Source of the DNA: Octopus bimaculoides
Lineage: Eukaryota
Direction: 5' to 3'
Length of the DNA: 64,000 nucleotides
Assembly: GCF_001194135.2 (NCBI RefSeq)
Contig: NC_068984.1
Location: 119,947,109-120,011,108, forward strand
In this document: piece after piece, positions 25,177 through 37,480 of the stretch
How the letters are laid out: each line of letters starts with the position of its first letter
Numbering within the stretch: position 1 is the first letter of the stretch
Program-made: the position numbers and the translations under genes
Notes under the pieces: model-generated
Told to the model about the DNA's origin: nothing
Database searches by the model: none
Seen by the model: only the letters and a program-made list of their open reading frames with translations

Positions 25177-25403
25177 GAGTGTTAACACCAGTTCAAATGG
25201 ACAATCTTCGACGCAAGCAAAACATCTTGCACAAATTTATTGATGAGATTGCCATGTATCTCATAAATATAAATGGAATCGACACATCTTTTGGTGGAAT
25301 GGAAGATCCAAGTAGGCTTGGTGAATTTAGTGGTTCCTTTGAAACTTTTGATACATCAACAACTACAAAGCAAAAGAAAATAACTATACATGAAGAATTA
25401 TAA
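25177..25403 (+). CDS. Putative coding exon (probably terminal) of an unidentified host gene
   Basis: Strong acceptor ttgtgttttaattttcAG, then a phase-1 open frame (G)VLTPVQMDNLRRKQNILHKFIDEIAMYLININGIDTSFGGMEDPSRLGEFSGSFETFDTSTTTKQKKITIHEEL*. Non-repetitive, protein-like composition; unique AT-rich sequence downstream. Confidence 0.55.
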
Positions 25404-25817
25404 CATCTTTTTTGTTAAAAATACCATTTCAATTCATTTTAAATCATAGATTCTTTGCAATTGCTTTACATGAAGAAGTGTACACTTCTCTTTTACTTTC
25501 CATTTAGTTCATTGTAATTCATAAATACATAACAATCTGTTTTGTCATCTTAAGATTGTCACCTACCATAAGAAGTTTACAACTTGATTTTGAGTTCTAT
25601 AGCTTTTTCATTGGTATATGATTTTACAATTTGCATGACTTTTATTATTATTATTATTATTATTTTGTTTTTTTTTCTGTGTCTAGTAAAAATGTTAAAG
25701 AAGAAAAATCATGAGTAATTCAAATGTATTTCTTTTTTTGAAGTCTCTATTTTAATATTTTATGCTTTTATTAAAACACATTCAAATATCTTTGAGCAAT
25801 TCCATTAAAGAATAGAA

Positions 25818-25822
<5 letters not shown>

Positions 25823-25901
<79 letters not shown>

Positions 25902-25930
25902 CATCATCATCATCATCATTATTATTATTA
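25823..25930. repeat. (ATT)n/(ATC)n microsatellite
   Basis: Direct reading of the sequence. Confidence 0.95.
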
Positions 25931-25933
25931 GTA

Positions 25934-26150
25934 AGGCAGTGAGCTGGCAGAATTGTTAGTATGCTAGATGAAACGCTTAGTGGTATCTTGCCTGTCGCTA
26001 TGTTCTGAGTCCAAATTCTGCTGAAGCCAACTTTGCTTTTCATCCTTTCACAGTCAATAAATTAAATACCAGTGAAACACTGGGGTCAATGTAATTGATT
26101 AATCCCCTCCTGCCAAATTTCAGGCCTTGTGCCTTTAGCATCAAGGATTA
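25934..26150 (+). mobile_element. SINE family A
   Basis: ggcagtgagctggcagaattgttag...caaatttcaggccttgtgcc. Confidence 0.85.
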
Positions 26151-26401
26151 TCATCATCATCATCATTATTATTATTATTTAGTAAAATGTATGTGTAAAT
26201 ATATATATGTGTGTGCATGTGTATGAGTATATATGCATATGTGTATCTACACATACATATACATACCTTCCTATAGTAGCTTTATATGACTATGAAAAGT
26301 AAAGTAAAATGTACTTGAAACTACCTTGAGCAAAATGAATGTGCTCTTAGTTTCCTGAAGGCTATTTTTGGGGAAAAAATTTTAGGGGGCGGTGTTTGGT
26401 T

Positions 26402-26403
<2 letters not shown>

Positions 26404-26489
<86 letters not shown>
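26404..26489. repeat. (CA)n microsatellite
   Basis: Direct reading of the sequence. Confidence 0.95.
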
Positions 26490-26490
<1 letters not shown>

Positions 26491-26544
26491 TTAGAATAAT
26501 AACAATAAGCTTTATCATGTATAACCACTAATTATATATAAAGG

Positions 26545-26750
26545 TAGTGAGCTTGGCAGAATTGTTAGCATGCCAGGCAAAATGCTTAGCAGCATTTTGC
26601 CTTTATGTCTGAGTTCAAATTCCATCAAGGTTGACTTTGCCTTTCATCCTTTCAGGGTCGATAAAATAAGTACCAGTTGAACACTGGAGTTGATGTAATC
26701 CACTTCCCCATTTCCCCATACTTCCTGGTCTTGCGTCAAAATTAGGAACC
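26545..26750 (+). mobile_element. SINE family A
   Basis: gtgagcttggcagaattgttagcatgcc...aagtaccagttgaacactgg. Confidence 0.85.
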
Positions 26751-26779
26751 AATTATATGTATATATATTACCTTGAGTA

Positions 26780-27440
26780 ATGAGGGAGAGTCAAAAATTA
26801 TATGCATTCTTGTTTTTTTTCAATGTATTTACACAAAAACAGGGGATAAACAAGTATGTCACATTTCTATATAGTCTCCTTCCTTTTTGATGCACTTGGT
26901 CCAGTGGTCCACAAACTTGTGTATTCCCTCCAAGAAGAAGGTTTTCGGTTGGTTGTGCGACCATTTATGCACCACTTCCTTTACATCATCCGTAGGAAAT
27001 CGACGACCTTGTAAACCATCTATGAGTGGTCCAAAGATATGATAGTCAGAAGGGGCAAGATCTGGGCTGTAGGCAGGGTGTTCCAATCCCTCAAAACCCA
27101 ATTGGCTAATGGTTTCAACAGTCTGGGCAGCCGTGTGTGGGTATGCATTGTCATGCAACAACAAAACTTTCTTTGACTCTTGGCTTTGTTGTTTCGTGTG
27201 AATTGCTGGCTCCAGTTTGTTGGCCAGCAAAGCATTGTATCTTACTCTGTTTATTGTACACTGTTGATCAGATTACTGCTCTTTGTTTTTCTTTGGTGCA
27301 CATTGCTAGTGGAGTGGCCATGCTTACACTGTAAAACCAGAAAGAAAAATGGCATGATCAAGCTCAAACTTTGCTCACATGATGACAGTAGTATCAACTA
27401 TAAGCATGCACGCACAGAAAGCAGTGTGACAATAATAAAG
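26780..27440 (-). mobile_element. Internally deleted mariner (DD34D) transposon
   Basis: ORF 27230-26859 has LLHDNA...EHPAYSPDLAPSDY with D-34-D spacing. The N-terminus MATPLAMCTKEKQRAVI is fused directly to the catalytic region. TIR-like tgagggagagtcaaaaatta next to TA at 26778. Confidence 0.9.
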
Positions 27441-27449
27441 ACATGTTAT

Positions 27450-27603
27450 GGCTGGCGTTAGGAAGGGCATCCAGCTGTAGAAACTCTGCCAAATTAGATT
27501 GGAGCCTGGTGTTGCCATCCGGTTTCACCAGTCCTCAGTCAAATCGTCCGACCCATGCTAGCATGGAAAGCGGACGTTAAACGACGATGATGATGATGAT
27601 GAT
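27450..27603 (+). mobile_element. Young RTE 3'-tail repeat (family C)
   Basis: ggcgttaggaagggcatccagctgtagaaactctgcc...ggaaagcggacgttaaacgac(gat)n. Confidence 0.9.
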
Positions 27604-28105
27604 ATATATATATATATATAGTTTTAGGGAAAAGAACCAAGTTTCATGAACTCATCGATGAAAATCCACTATCACATATAGAAAAATTAATAATTAAAAG
27701 CACAATAAATGAGTATAATATAATACAAAGTAAATATCATAAGATAAAGATAATAAAATGACTACACATGTTTCATAACTAATTTTCAAATAGAAAGGAA
27801 ATTTAAATCGATTAAAATCAATTAAAATTATTGAAAATAAATTCTATTCAAAAATACAGCTAATCGTCAGTTCTTAAATAGAACAATAATTATAATAAAT
27901 AAATATATATATCAACCAACAATAAGTACCAAATGAATTTATATAAAATACTTATTTTATAACGATAGAAAAATTATTAAAAATATCAAAATAATAAACA
28001 TTCCATAATCATCCCTACATCCATTATAATATATGCTAACATGTATATTATATACAAAAACCAGCTTACATAAATTATTATCGTTTTAAATATATATATA
28101 TACAG

Positions 28106-28138
<33 letters not shown>

Positions 28139-28742
28139 CATACACATACATATATATAGTAATTCATGTAAGGTAAACAAAAATTACAGGCTCCTTTTGG
28201 TTTCATTTGTTTGGTTGATCACACATCATACATATCAGCAGGTTTAAAATCAATAAGATACTTCATCTCATTGCTCTTACAGACAGCACAAATTGCTACA
28301 GACAATGTGAATTTATGTTACCACTTAAAAAAGACATAATAATAATTGGTAAGTTCTAAGAATATATTACACAAACTTATATTTCACCATATATGTTAGA
28401 CAGTATGTAATTGATAAGAGATTTCTTACTTAAGCGGGTTTCAACAATATTAGATCAGATAGAAATATATTAGTAAGAAATCTAGATTTCAGTATATAAG
28501 TGCACCATAGTGAAAAAAAAGAAAAGAAAAAAAGAAAACGTAAAATAAGTTGATATTTCTAATGAGTGACTTTGTCTGAAACATCTGTTCTAATTGCAGC
28601 AGCTAATTAAGATGCTTCGTTATTATGGCATTTTACTTAATTGATTCCGTTGCAATACAAACTATGAACAATCTTCATGAATTTTAGAAACTATATGTAG
28701 AAATATATTTGAGCCTGTTATTAATTTATGTATGTATGTATG

Positions 28743-28804
<62 letters not shown>

Positions 28805-28805
<1 letters not shown>

Positions 28806-28990
28806 TCATTCATTTGACTGTGGCGACACTAGAACACCACCTTGAAAGGTTTTAGTTAAACAAATTGACCCTAGGACTTATTTTTTTAAAGCTTAGTACT
28901 TATTTTGTTGGTGAACTATTTTGCTAAACTTTTAAGTTAAGGGGACATAAACACACCAACACCAGTTGTCAAAAGTGGTGGGGAACAGAC
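28805..28990 (-). mobile_element. SINE family B 3' half
   Basis: cattcatttgactgtggc...gcttagtacttatt...accagttgtcaa. Confidence 0.7.
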
Positions 28991-29386
28991 ACAGACATAG
29001 ATATATACATATATCATCATCATCATTGTTTTCTTTTACTGCCAGTGTTTCTCCTTCCTTTCTTTTTGTATTTGTTGTTGGATCGTTCGTAAAGGTTCAT
29101 AAGACAGAGTAGGAGTTAAAAGGATTTGTAAAAGTATTAGAAAGAGGAAATAAGATTTTATTAGAGGGGAAAATGTTAATTTGTGTAGTTTTATGGATTT
29201 TATTCGTAATTGGGAATTATTTTGACTGAAAAAATGACGCTGTGACCTAAGTTATGGTATTTAGAATATTAATTGCGATTCTTTCATCCAAGAAATTTTG
29301 AATTGTGTAATTGTATGAATTTTAAACATATATACACACACACACACACAGAAAATCTGCCTTTTATAGATAATATATATATATAT

Positions 29387-29543
29387 CATCATCATCATCA
29401 TCATCGTTTAACATCCGCTTTCCATGCTAGCATGGGTTGGACGATTTGACTGAGGACTGGTGAAACCGGATGGCAACACCAGGCTCCAATCTAAATTTGG
29501 CAGAGTTTCTACAGCTGGATGCCCTTCCTAATGCCAACCACTC
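29387..29543 (-). mobile_element. Young RTE 3'-tail repeat (family C), inverted relative to 27450-27603
   Basis: Near-identical reverse complement, including the shared variant gttgccatccggtttcacc. Confidence 0.9.
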
Positions 29544-30169
29544 AGAGAATATATATGTGTATATATATACATACACATACACATACACATNNNNNNNNNN
29601 NNNNNNNNNNNNNNNNNNNNNNNNNNNNNNNNNNNNNNNNNNNNNNNNNNNNNNNNNNNNNNNNNNNNNNNNNNNNNNTATATATATATATATATATATA
29701 TATGTAATGATGGTGCATGGCGTAGTGGTTAAGATGCTGTGCTCACAATTGCAAGACTGTAGTTTCAAATCATGGACCATCTGCATTGTGTTGTTGAGCA
29801 AAGCATCTCATTTCGCATTGCTCCAGTTCTCTCAGCTGTGAATGAGTAACCCTGTGATGGACTGGTACCTCATTCATGGGGTGGGAAGTGTTAGGATCTT
29901 GGTCACCTAAATGTCATGGAGAATGGGTAACCAGTCTTATGAGTCTTGGGATTTAAGACAGTTACATGACATATATATTTATGGTTGTCAAGCAGTGGGG
30001 GTACAGATACAAGCACAAAAATACACACATATAATTGGTGGGCTTCTTTCAGTTTTCATCTATCAAATCCACTTTCAAGTCTTCTACAGTAGAAGATACT
30101 TGCATACTGAACCCAGAACAATGTGAGTGAGAAGCAGGCTCCATACCTAACAGCTCAGCCTGCACCTAA

Positions 30170-30304
30170 GTTTGCTTCCCAACTGCATGGTTCTGGGTTC
30201 AGTTCCACTGTATGGCACCTTGGGCAAATGTCTTCTACGAGAGCCTCAGGCTGGCCAAAGCCTTGTGAGTGGTTTTGGTAGATGGAAACTGAAAGAAGCC
30301 TGTC

Positions 30305-30346
<42 letters not shown>

Positions 30347-30577
30347 TTATGTATATATATTTATGTGTGTGTGTGTGTGTTTGTCTCCCCACCATCACTT
30401 GACAACTGATGTTGGTGTTTTTACATTCCTGTAACTTAGTTGTTTGGCAAAATAGACCGATAGAATAAGCACTAAGCTTACAAAGAATAAATCCTGGGGT
30501 TGATTTGTTCGACTAAAACCCTTTAAGGCAGTGCTCCAGCATGGCTGAAGTCAAATGATGGAAACATGTAAAAGAAT
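30170..30577 (+). mobile_element. SINE family B
   Basis: catggttctgggttcagttccactg...gaaactgaaagaagcc (ta)n ...gaagtcaaatgatggaaac. Confidence 0.85.
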
Positions 30578-32780
30578 ATATAATCTCTATTAGTCAAGAA
30601 GGTTCTTTGTAGTTTGTATTGCAAAGCGTCAATTGAGTAAAAAGCAGAAACAAAATGAAGTTCATTAGCTGCAATCAAAAGGATAGATATTTCACAGAAA
30701 GCTCATTACAGAAAGTCTGAAATTTTTTTTTTTTTTTTGTCTGCTATGGTGCTTTTACTTCCATGCTGCAATTTAGGTTTCTTAACTGATATATTTCTAT
30801 CTGGTCTAATATTACTAAAGACCGCTTTAATCATAAATCTCTTAATTATTTACTATGTAACATATACAATAAATTAGAAATTTGTGAAACATATTCTTAG
30901 AATCAACCAATTGTTATCTTAAATTATCATGGCTTTTTCAAGTGGAAACATGAATTTATATTGTCTGTAGCTGCAAAATTTCTATACCAGATTGATTTTT
31001 TTTTCCAGAGAATTTATCTTCAAAATGTATGCATTCTTGAAATGGTACAAACATATTGATTAGTAAACATTAGTTGAAAAGAAAATAAGTTTTATCCAGC
31101 TTAGATAACTATAGATATTGATTTGCTTTTTGATTCCTTTCATGTCTAAGAATGATTGATTCAGTGAAGGGTAACATTTGTCAAACCTAAATGACATTTG
31201 TATTTGTTTAAATACATTTTTTGTTGAATAATTATAATTATTAGTAATGTGGCTTTAGATTTATTGGCATATCATTAGATCTTGGTTGCAAACTATTTGT
31301 TCAAATTAGAATACAGTAAATACTTTTTATTGCTGTATGTTTACAAATATAAATCCTTATTCTTTGCAGCATTAATTCATTTTTCCTTTTTATCCATATT
31401 TTATAAAGAATAAAATAAAAATACAAAATAACAATAATGCTTGTGTTATTATCAAATTATATTACGTCATATTTTTCAAATGATTTATAAAAAATTGCAT
31501 TTAAGTGTATGTAAAATATTTAGATATCTAAATAAATTATTATAATTAAGTACTTCAATGGTAGAGCATTAGATTGATACTGAACTTTACAATTGCTTGT
31601 CCACTTCTTTTTTGTGTTAATACAGTATTTATAAGTGACACAAAGTGCATACATGGCTATAGGGGCATATATGGCTGTGTGATTAAGAAGTTTGCTTCTA
31701 CCATGTGGTTTTATGTTCAGTCTCACTGAGCAGCATATTGGGCAAATGTCTTCTACTATAATCCCAGACTGACCAAAGACTTGTGAGTGGATTTGGTACA
31801 CAAAAACTGAAAGAAGGATGTTGTGCGTGTGTATATATATATATACATACACATATATATATATATATATATACATACACACACACACACACACACACCA
31901 GGCATCTTTCAGTTTGTGTGTGTGTTGATATCATCTGATGGTTGTAAATGTTCATTTCTAGTCTTCTTCGTAAAAAAAAAGTTGCTGTATTGCCTTGGAG
32001 AAATATTACTTTGCTTGGAAACCACTGATAGTAGCAACAGGAAGGGCATCTGGCCGTAGAAAATCTGCCCCAACAAATTCCATCTGACACTTGCATACAT
32101 ACAAAAGTAGATTTTAAAATGATCATGATGGCAGCAGCAGTGGTATTTCAACAAACTAGTGATTGTGCACTTGACACCATGTGGGTCTTTACTATTTCAA
32201 ATTCACTGCTTCTCAGTAATTATTTCTAATCAACATCAAGCTCATGCATGGCTATAAGTGTAGGCATTGAATCTGTTGTTACCAAAATTTGCTTTCCAAC
32301 CATGTGGTTTCATGTTCACTTTCATCAAGTAGCACCTTGAGTAAGTGTCTTCTCCTATAGCCTCTGGATATAATGGATTTGTTACATAGAAACTGAAAGA
32401 AGCCCATTGTATATGTGTATGAAAATGTGTGTGTGTGTGTGTGTGTGTCCTCATCTTGACATCATATAATAGTTTCACTGTCATACATGCTGTGTCATTC
32501 ATTTCTTATCTTCTATGATAACATGTCTGCTTACAGGCAAATATTATCTTGCTTTGAAACAAGTGAAAGTTGGTGACAGGAGGGCATCCAGTTGTAGAAA
32601 ATCTGCCTCAGTGAATCCCATCTAACTCATGCAAGCATCAAAAAGTAGACATTAAAATGAGGGCAAGCTATTTTTTTTTTTAACATTTTAACATAGATAT
32701 TAAAATACTATATGTATGTTGCTGTGCACTGAAATAGGTGTAAAAACTAGATATCAATTCATAAATGTTTCTTTTTTATA

Positions 32781-33186
32781 GGAGTGGCTGTATGGTAAGT
32801 AGCTTGCTTACCAACCACATGGTTCCGGGTTCAGTCCCACTGCATGACATCTTGGGCAAGTGTCTTCTACTATAGCCCTGGGCCGACCAAAGCCTTGTGA
32901 GTGGATTTGGTAGACGGAAACTGAAAGAAGCCCATCGTATATATGTATATATATATGTGTGTGTTTGTGTGTTTGGGTGTTTGTGTTTGTCCCCCTAGTA
33001 TTGCTTGACAACCGATGCTGGTGTGTTTATGTCTCCGTCACTTAGCAGTTCAGCAAAAGAGACCGATATAATAAGTACTAGGCGTACAAAGAATAAGTCC
33101 CAGGGTCGATTTGCTCGACTAAAGGCGGTGCTCCAGCATGGCCACAGTCAAATGACTGAAACAAGTAAAAGAGTAAAAGAGTAAAG
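32781..33186 (+). mobile_element. Full-length, little-diverged SINE family B
   Basis: Complete head, internal (TA)(TG) run and tail ending (gagtaaaa)n. Confidence 0.9.
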
Positions 33187-33692
33187 AGAGTAGTGTAGTG
33201 AAACATAAACTAATTGTAAAACACTAAGATTTATTGGATCATAATAATGAATTCTTTTGTGTGGCCTAGTGGTCACGATTGCAAGATCATGGTTTTGATT
33301 TCCAGACAAGGTGGTGTATTGTGTTCTGAAGGAAAACACTTCATTTTACATTGCTCTAGTGCTATGTGGGAACTGGCATGTTAAAAAAAATAAATCCAAT
33401 GTTTCCTCTGTGTATCATAAAATGTGACCAGAAGAGGTTTAGGTAGGATCTGCACTTGGAGCTTGTATAACCCTTACCAGCAGCAACTTCCCAAACAGAC
33501 CCATGGGTCACAGGTTGTTGCCTGAGTGATGCAAAGGTGTCATCTGCCAAGAGCAGGGAATTACCAACAAATGGTGGATGCAACAATGGGCTGTTACAGC
33601 ACATACTCTCATAATATTATAACTAGTAGGGAATTTTTTTGATATCTACCTGCTTGAGAATGCCCTTATTCTCTGATACAAAATCATCCATT

Positions 33693-33903
33693 TTAGCTGT
33701 TTCTATGCCAACCCACCCAAGAACACCCCTGATTCTATGATACAATCTTCCTGTATTAAAGTCATTTAAATTAAAACCTTTCATCAAAATTCCATGTTAA
33801 TTTATGCTCCAAATCCCAATTACTTCACCAAATATTTCATTATTTTCCAAATTAATTGAAACAAAGCCAGTGTGTTTCAGTTGTGTGGCAAAAATAGGGT
33901 TAA
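33693..33903 (-). mobile_element. TTAA-bounded MITE (single-unit copy)
   Basis: Reverse complement of the unit plus 3' end of the element at 34384-35246; ends ...agggttaa. Confidence 0.7.
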
Positions 33904-34117
33904 AGTGCTTTTATAAATTTGAATTTAAATTCTTGATCATAATCTTTCGTGAGCTGTTTTTTTTAAACACCATTATTGTCACAAGGAAGTTATTTTTACT
34001 AAATTTCATGAAATTCTTGATTATTTTAAAATTTATGGAAGCACATAGACTGTCTTTTATTAAAAATATAATCATGAAAAGAGTCAATCCTAGAAAATGT
34101 AATATTAGTGTTATTAT

Positions 34118-34320
34118 AAGGCTGGCAGAAACATTAGCATGCTGAGCAAAATGGTTAGCGGTATTTCATCTGTCTTTACATTCTGAGTTCAAATTCCGCT
34201 GAGGTTGACTTTGCCTTTCATCCTTTCGGATTCGACAAATTAAGTACCAGTTGCGTACTAGGGTCAATCTAATTGACTGCCCCCTCCCCCAAAATTTCAA
34301 GCCTTGTGTCTAGAGTAGAA
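34118..34320 (+). mobile_element. SINE family A with 17-bp TSD
   Basis: aatattagtgttattat at 34101-34117 and 34321-34337 flanks a near-consensus copy. Confidence 0.9.
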
Positions 34321-34383
34321 AATATTAGTGTTATTATTTGAAAAATTTCTACTGTGAGCTCCTTTACCAAAATGGCTATGTTA

Positions 34384-35246
34384 TTAAACCTTTTTTTTAC
34401 TATATTTCTGTTAAAATAGACTGCCTTTGTTTCAATTAATTTTGCAAATAACGAAGAATTTAGTAAAGAAATTTTGTCATTATTATTCTGACATTTGGAG
34501 CATAAATTAACATGAGATTTTGATTGGAGGTTTTATTTAAAATCAATTAAACCCTTTTGTTACCATATTTCAGTTGAAATGCACTGCCTTAGTTTCAATT
34601 AATTTTGAATATAATGAAAAATTTAGTAAACATCATTATCATTATGAAGCTGGTGTTTGAAACATAAATTAACATGAAATTTTGATGGAAGATTTTAATC
34701 TAAATCACTTTAACTCCTTTGTTACCATATTTCTGTTGAAATACAGTGATTTTGTTTCAATTAATTTTGAAAATAATGAAGAATTTTGTAAAATAACTTT
34801 ATTTTTATAAAGCTAATGTTTGAAACATAACATAAAATTGTGATGGAAGATTTTAATTTATATCATTTTATCCCTTTTGTTACCACACCTCTTGAAATAC
34901 ATTGACTTTATTTCAATTAATTTTGAAAATAACAAAGAAATTGGTATTATAACTTTGTTATTTGAAGATTGTGTTTGAAACATAAATTAACATAAAATTT
35001 TGATGGAAGCTTCTAATTTAGGCTTGTACTATCCAGGCATGTGAGATGCAGTTGAATCATGTCAGTGACCAGGTTACACTTGGTGCCATGAAAGTACTTA
35101 AGTGAAGTTAACAGTTTAGTGCGTTTTTGAATGGTTAATGTGTGTTTTCTGTGTTGTAATTGTTCTATTTTAGATCACTTTAAAACACGAAGTTTGTATC
35201 ACAGAACCAGGAGTGGTCTCAGGCAGGTTAGCATCAAAAAGGTTAA
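34384..35246 (+). mobile_element. TTAA-bounded MITE with its 5' ~160 bp tandemly quadruplicated
   Basis: Unit starts (ttac.atattt) at about 34397, 34560, 34722 and 34880. A single 3' end ...gcatcaaaaaggttaa follows an unrelated insert at about 35024-35170. Confidence 0.8.
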
Positions 35247-35980
35247 TGCAGTTAAAAGTTGGAAAATCTTTAATTCATCAATAAAATGAACTTAGTTTGA
35301 TGCTGTGTCACTGTGCTAAGATTACAGCTTGTCATTATTATAACTGATCAATACATTACCTCAGACATGAAAAATATCAATCAGACTTTAAATTTTCACC
35401 TGCAGCTTCAGAATTTATATCCTGTTATTGATAAATCAGTTTCTGGAGACAGTTCATTGACCATTTTAGGTGATCATTTGTAAATTCTCTTCAGATGATT
35501 GCTGCATTAGGTTTAATACTAATACTACTACTACACACAGACTGCTTAAGTAGTTTATTCTATGAATTATCATGATTAAATAATTTGTAAAGTGTTTGGT
35601 AAGCGTCAATTGTCTAAAGAGTTTCAGCTATGAACATTATCAGTGGAAGAGTATTTACTGCTTCTTAATCTTGTGGTAGGTTTTACTTAATTTGGTAGTA
35701 GAAAGTAGTCTTGCCTTGCTACAATGTTTGATGTCATTACTATTATTGTCATCATCATCACAATCACCACTATCACCTCCATCACTGCCACCATTATCGT
35801 TTTGATATTGACTTTCCCATGCTTGCATAGGTTAAGCAGAACTTGTTGAAGTAGGATTTCTATGGTTGGATGGTCTTTCTGACTCCAACCCTCCTCAGCT
35901 ATTTCTAAGTAAGTAATTATTCCCCTTAGTTCTTTGAACAATGAACATCTGAATGGTTAAATGTGGTTTCTCAACAGATT

Positions 35981-36336
35981 ATAAACAATGACAGTGTGGA
36001 CAGGGAATGGTAGCACCTTCTACAGGGTTGTTAGCTCTGTTCTTCCTGGCTTGTCTGCGGTCTTCTGCAGCAGCGATCCTATTGGTCTCGCATGTGTTGG
36101 CACCCTTGTGGACAGCTGATTGCCATCTTTCTCTGTCTAGAGCAGACTGCTCCCAAGTTGCATGGTCGATGTTGAAGGCTTTCAGTGAGGCTTTCAGTGA
36201 GAAAGAACTCTTTTTGGTGCAGATTGGCCTCACTAGCCATCTGCGGACTCACAAAAAAAGCCCACCCCAACCCCAGATGACTAGATGGTCTTCGTCGCAT
36301 CGACGGACAAAAAGAAGAAAAAGATAAACAATGACA
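35981..36336 (+). mobile_element. 5'-truncated RTE LINE with an inverted 5' segment and 13-bp TSD
   Basis: TSD ataaacaatgaca at 35981-35993 and 36324-36336. The minus-strand part encodes SLKASLKAFNIDHATWEQSALDRERW...TIPCPHC; the plus-strand part continues LF.VQIGLTSHLRTH then a GAA-rich tail. Confidence 0.9.
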
Positions 36337-36499
36337 CTGTTTTATATACAGGATGTGAGGTGATATTTGAGGACTCTTAATTATCAATATATTACTCTCT
36401 TCAAATCAATTAAAACATTTTTATTTGCTTCAGATCCCCCATGACATAAAATGCAAGTACAAAAATTGAAAAAAACATTGTCATTCTGGCCTATGTGCA

Positions 36500-37480
36500 G
36501 ATCACAGTGATTTAGAAATTGCCATCTTCCTAAATGTTGCAAGACTTTTGGTACATGAAGTTTGGATGGAATTGAAAGCCATTAGTAGGAATGTTTCAAC
36601 TGTATCAAAGAGAAAAAATAGTTTAAATGTTCAGACACTATAAATACACCACAGTTTATCCAATGGGATCAAAATAGTGTTGATGATTCTGGGAAATCAA
36701 TGCGTGCCATCACCAAAGAACTGCAGGTGTGGCTATCAGGAGTAGGCTATAAGAACTGTGCTGCAGGAAAACATTCAATATAGGTCGTATGTACTGAGGA
36801 GAGGCCAACTCATATCTGCAAAGACACAGGAAATCTATTTATGTGTCAAGCAGTTACTAAATAAGGTTAAAAACCATCACAAACATGGCATGGTTTGTTT
36901 CTTTTCTAGTGAGAAAAACGTTCTGACCCAGACCAAAAGTCTTACAGTAGAAATGACAGACAGAAATGCAGATAATTCTCCAGAATGATGCACACTAAGT
37001 TTTCAGCAACTGTGATGGTTTTGGAAGTGGTAGATAACAAAGGTCATGTTGTGCCACCTCACTTCTTTCTGTAGGATCTTAGAATTAATACTGTTGGATA
37101 CACTGATGTGCTGGAAAATAGTTGCTGTGCCCTGGATGGATGAAGTACACAGTGGAAGACTATACATGTTTCAGCAAGACTCAGCACCTTCTCACAAAGT
37201 CCACATAACCCAGGAATGGGCTAGACAATCTTTTCAATTATGTGACACCAAACTTGTGGCTTCCAAACTCACCAATTTAAATCCCATGGACTACTATGTT
37301 TGGAGTGTTGTCAAAAGGGAGAATAATCAACATCATTATACCATAGCTTCATTGAAGGTTGCCCAGGTGATATGCAAAATGAATAAGAACCATTTAGTGC
37401 AGGCATGTCAATGATTCTAACTATTCATTGAAACAGTTATCAACGCAAAAAGCAGATTCATTGAGCAATCTTAGAAAGCT
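36500..37480 (+). mobile_element. Degenerate DD37D (maT)-type Tc1/mariner transposase
   Basis: MFQQDSAPSHK...NLNPMDYYVWSVVKRE...KNHLVQAC, with frameshifts. Confidence 0.8.

Noticed and set aside
34397-35020. Regular ~160-bp repeats as a CRISPR-like array
   Set aside because: The units are contiguous with no unique spacers; the context is eukaryotic and MITE-derived.
35301-35480. ~60-codon open frame (LVIIITDQ...LTILG)
   Set aside because: Splice signals are weak, there is no recognisable homology and the length is expected by chance.
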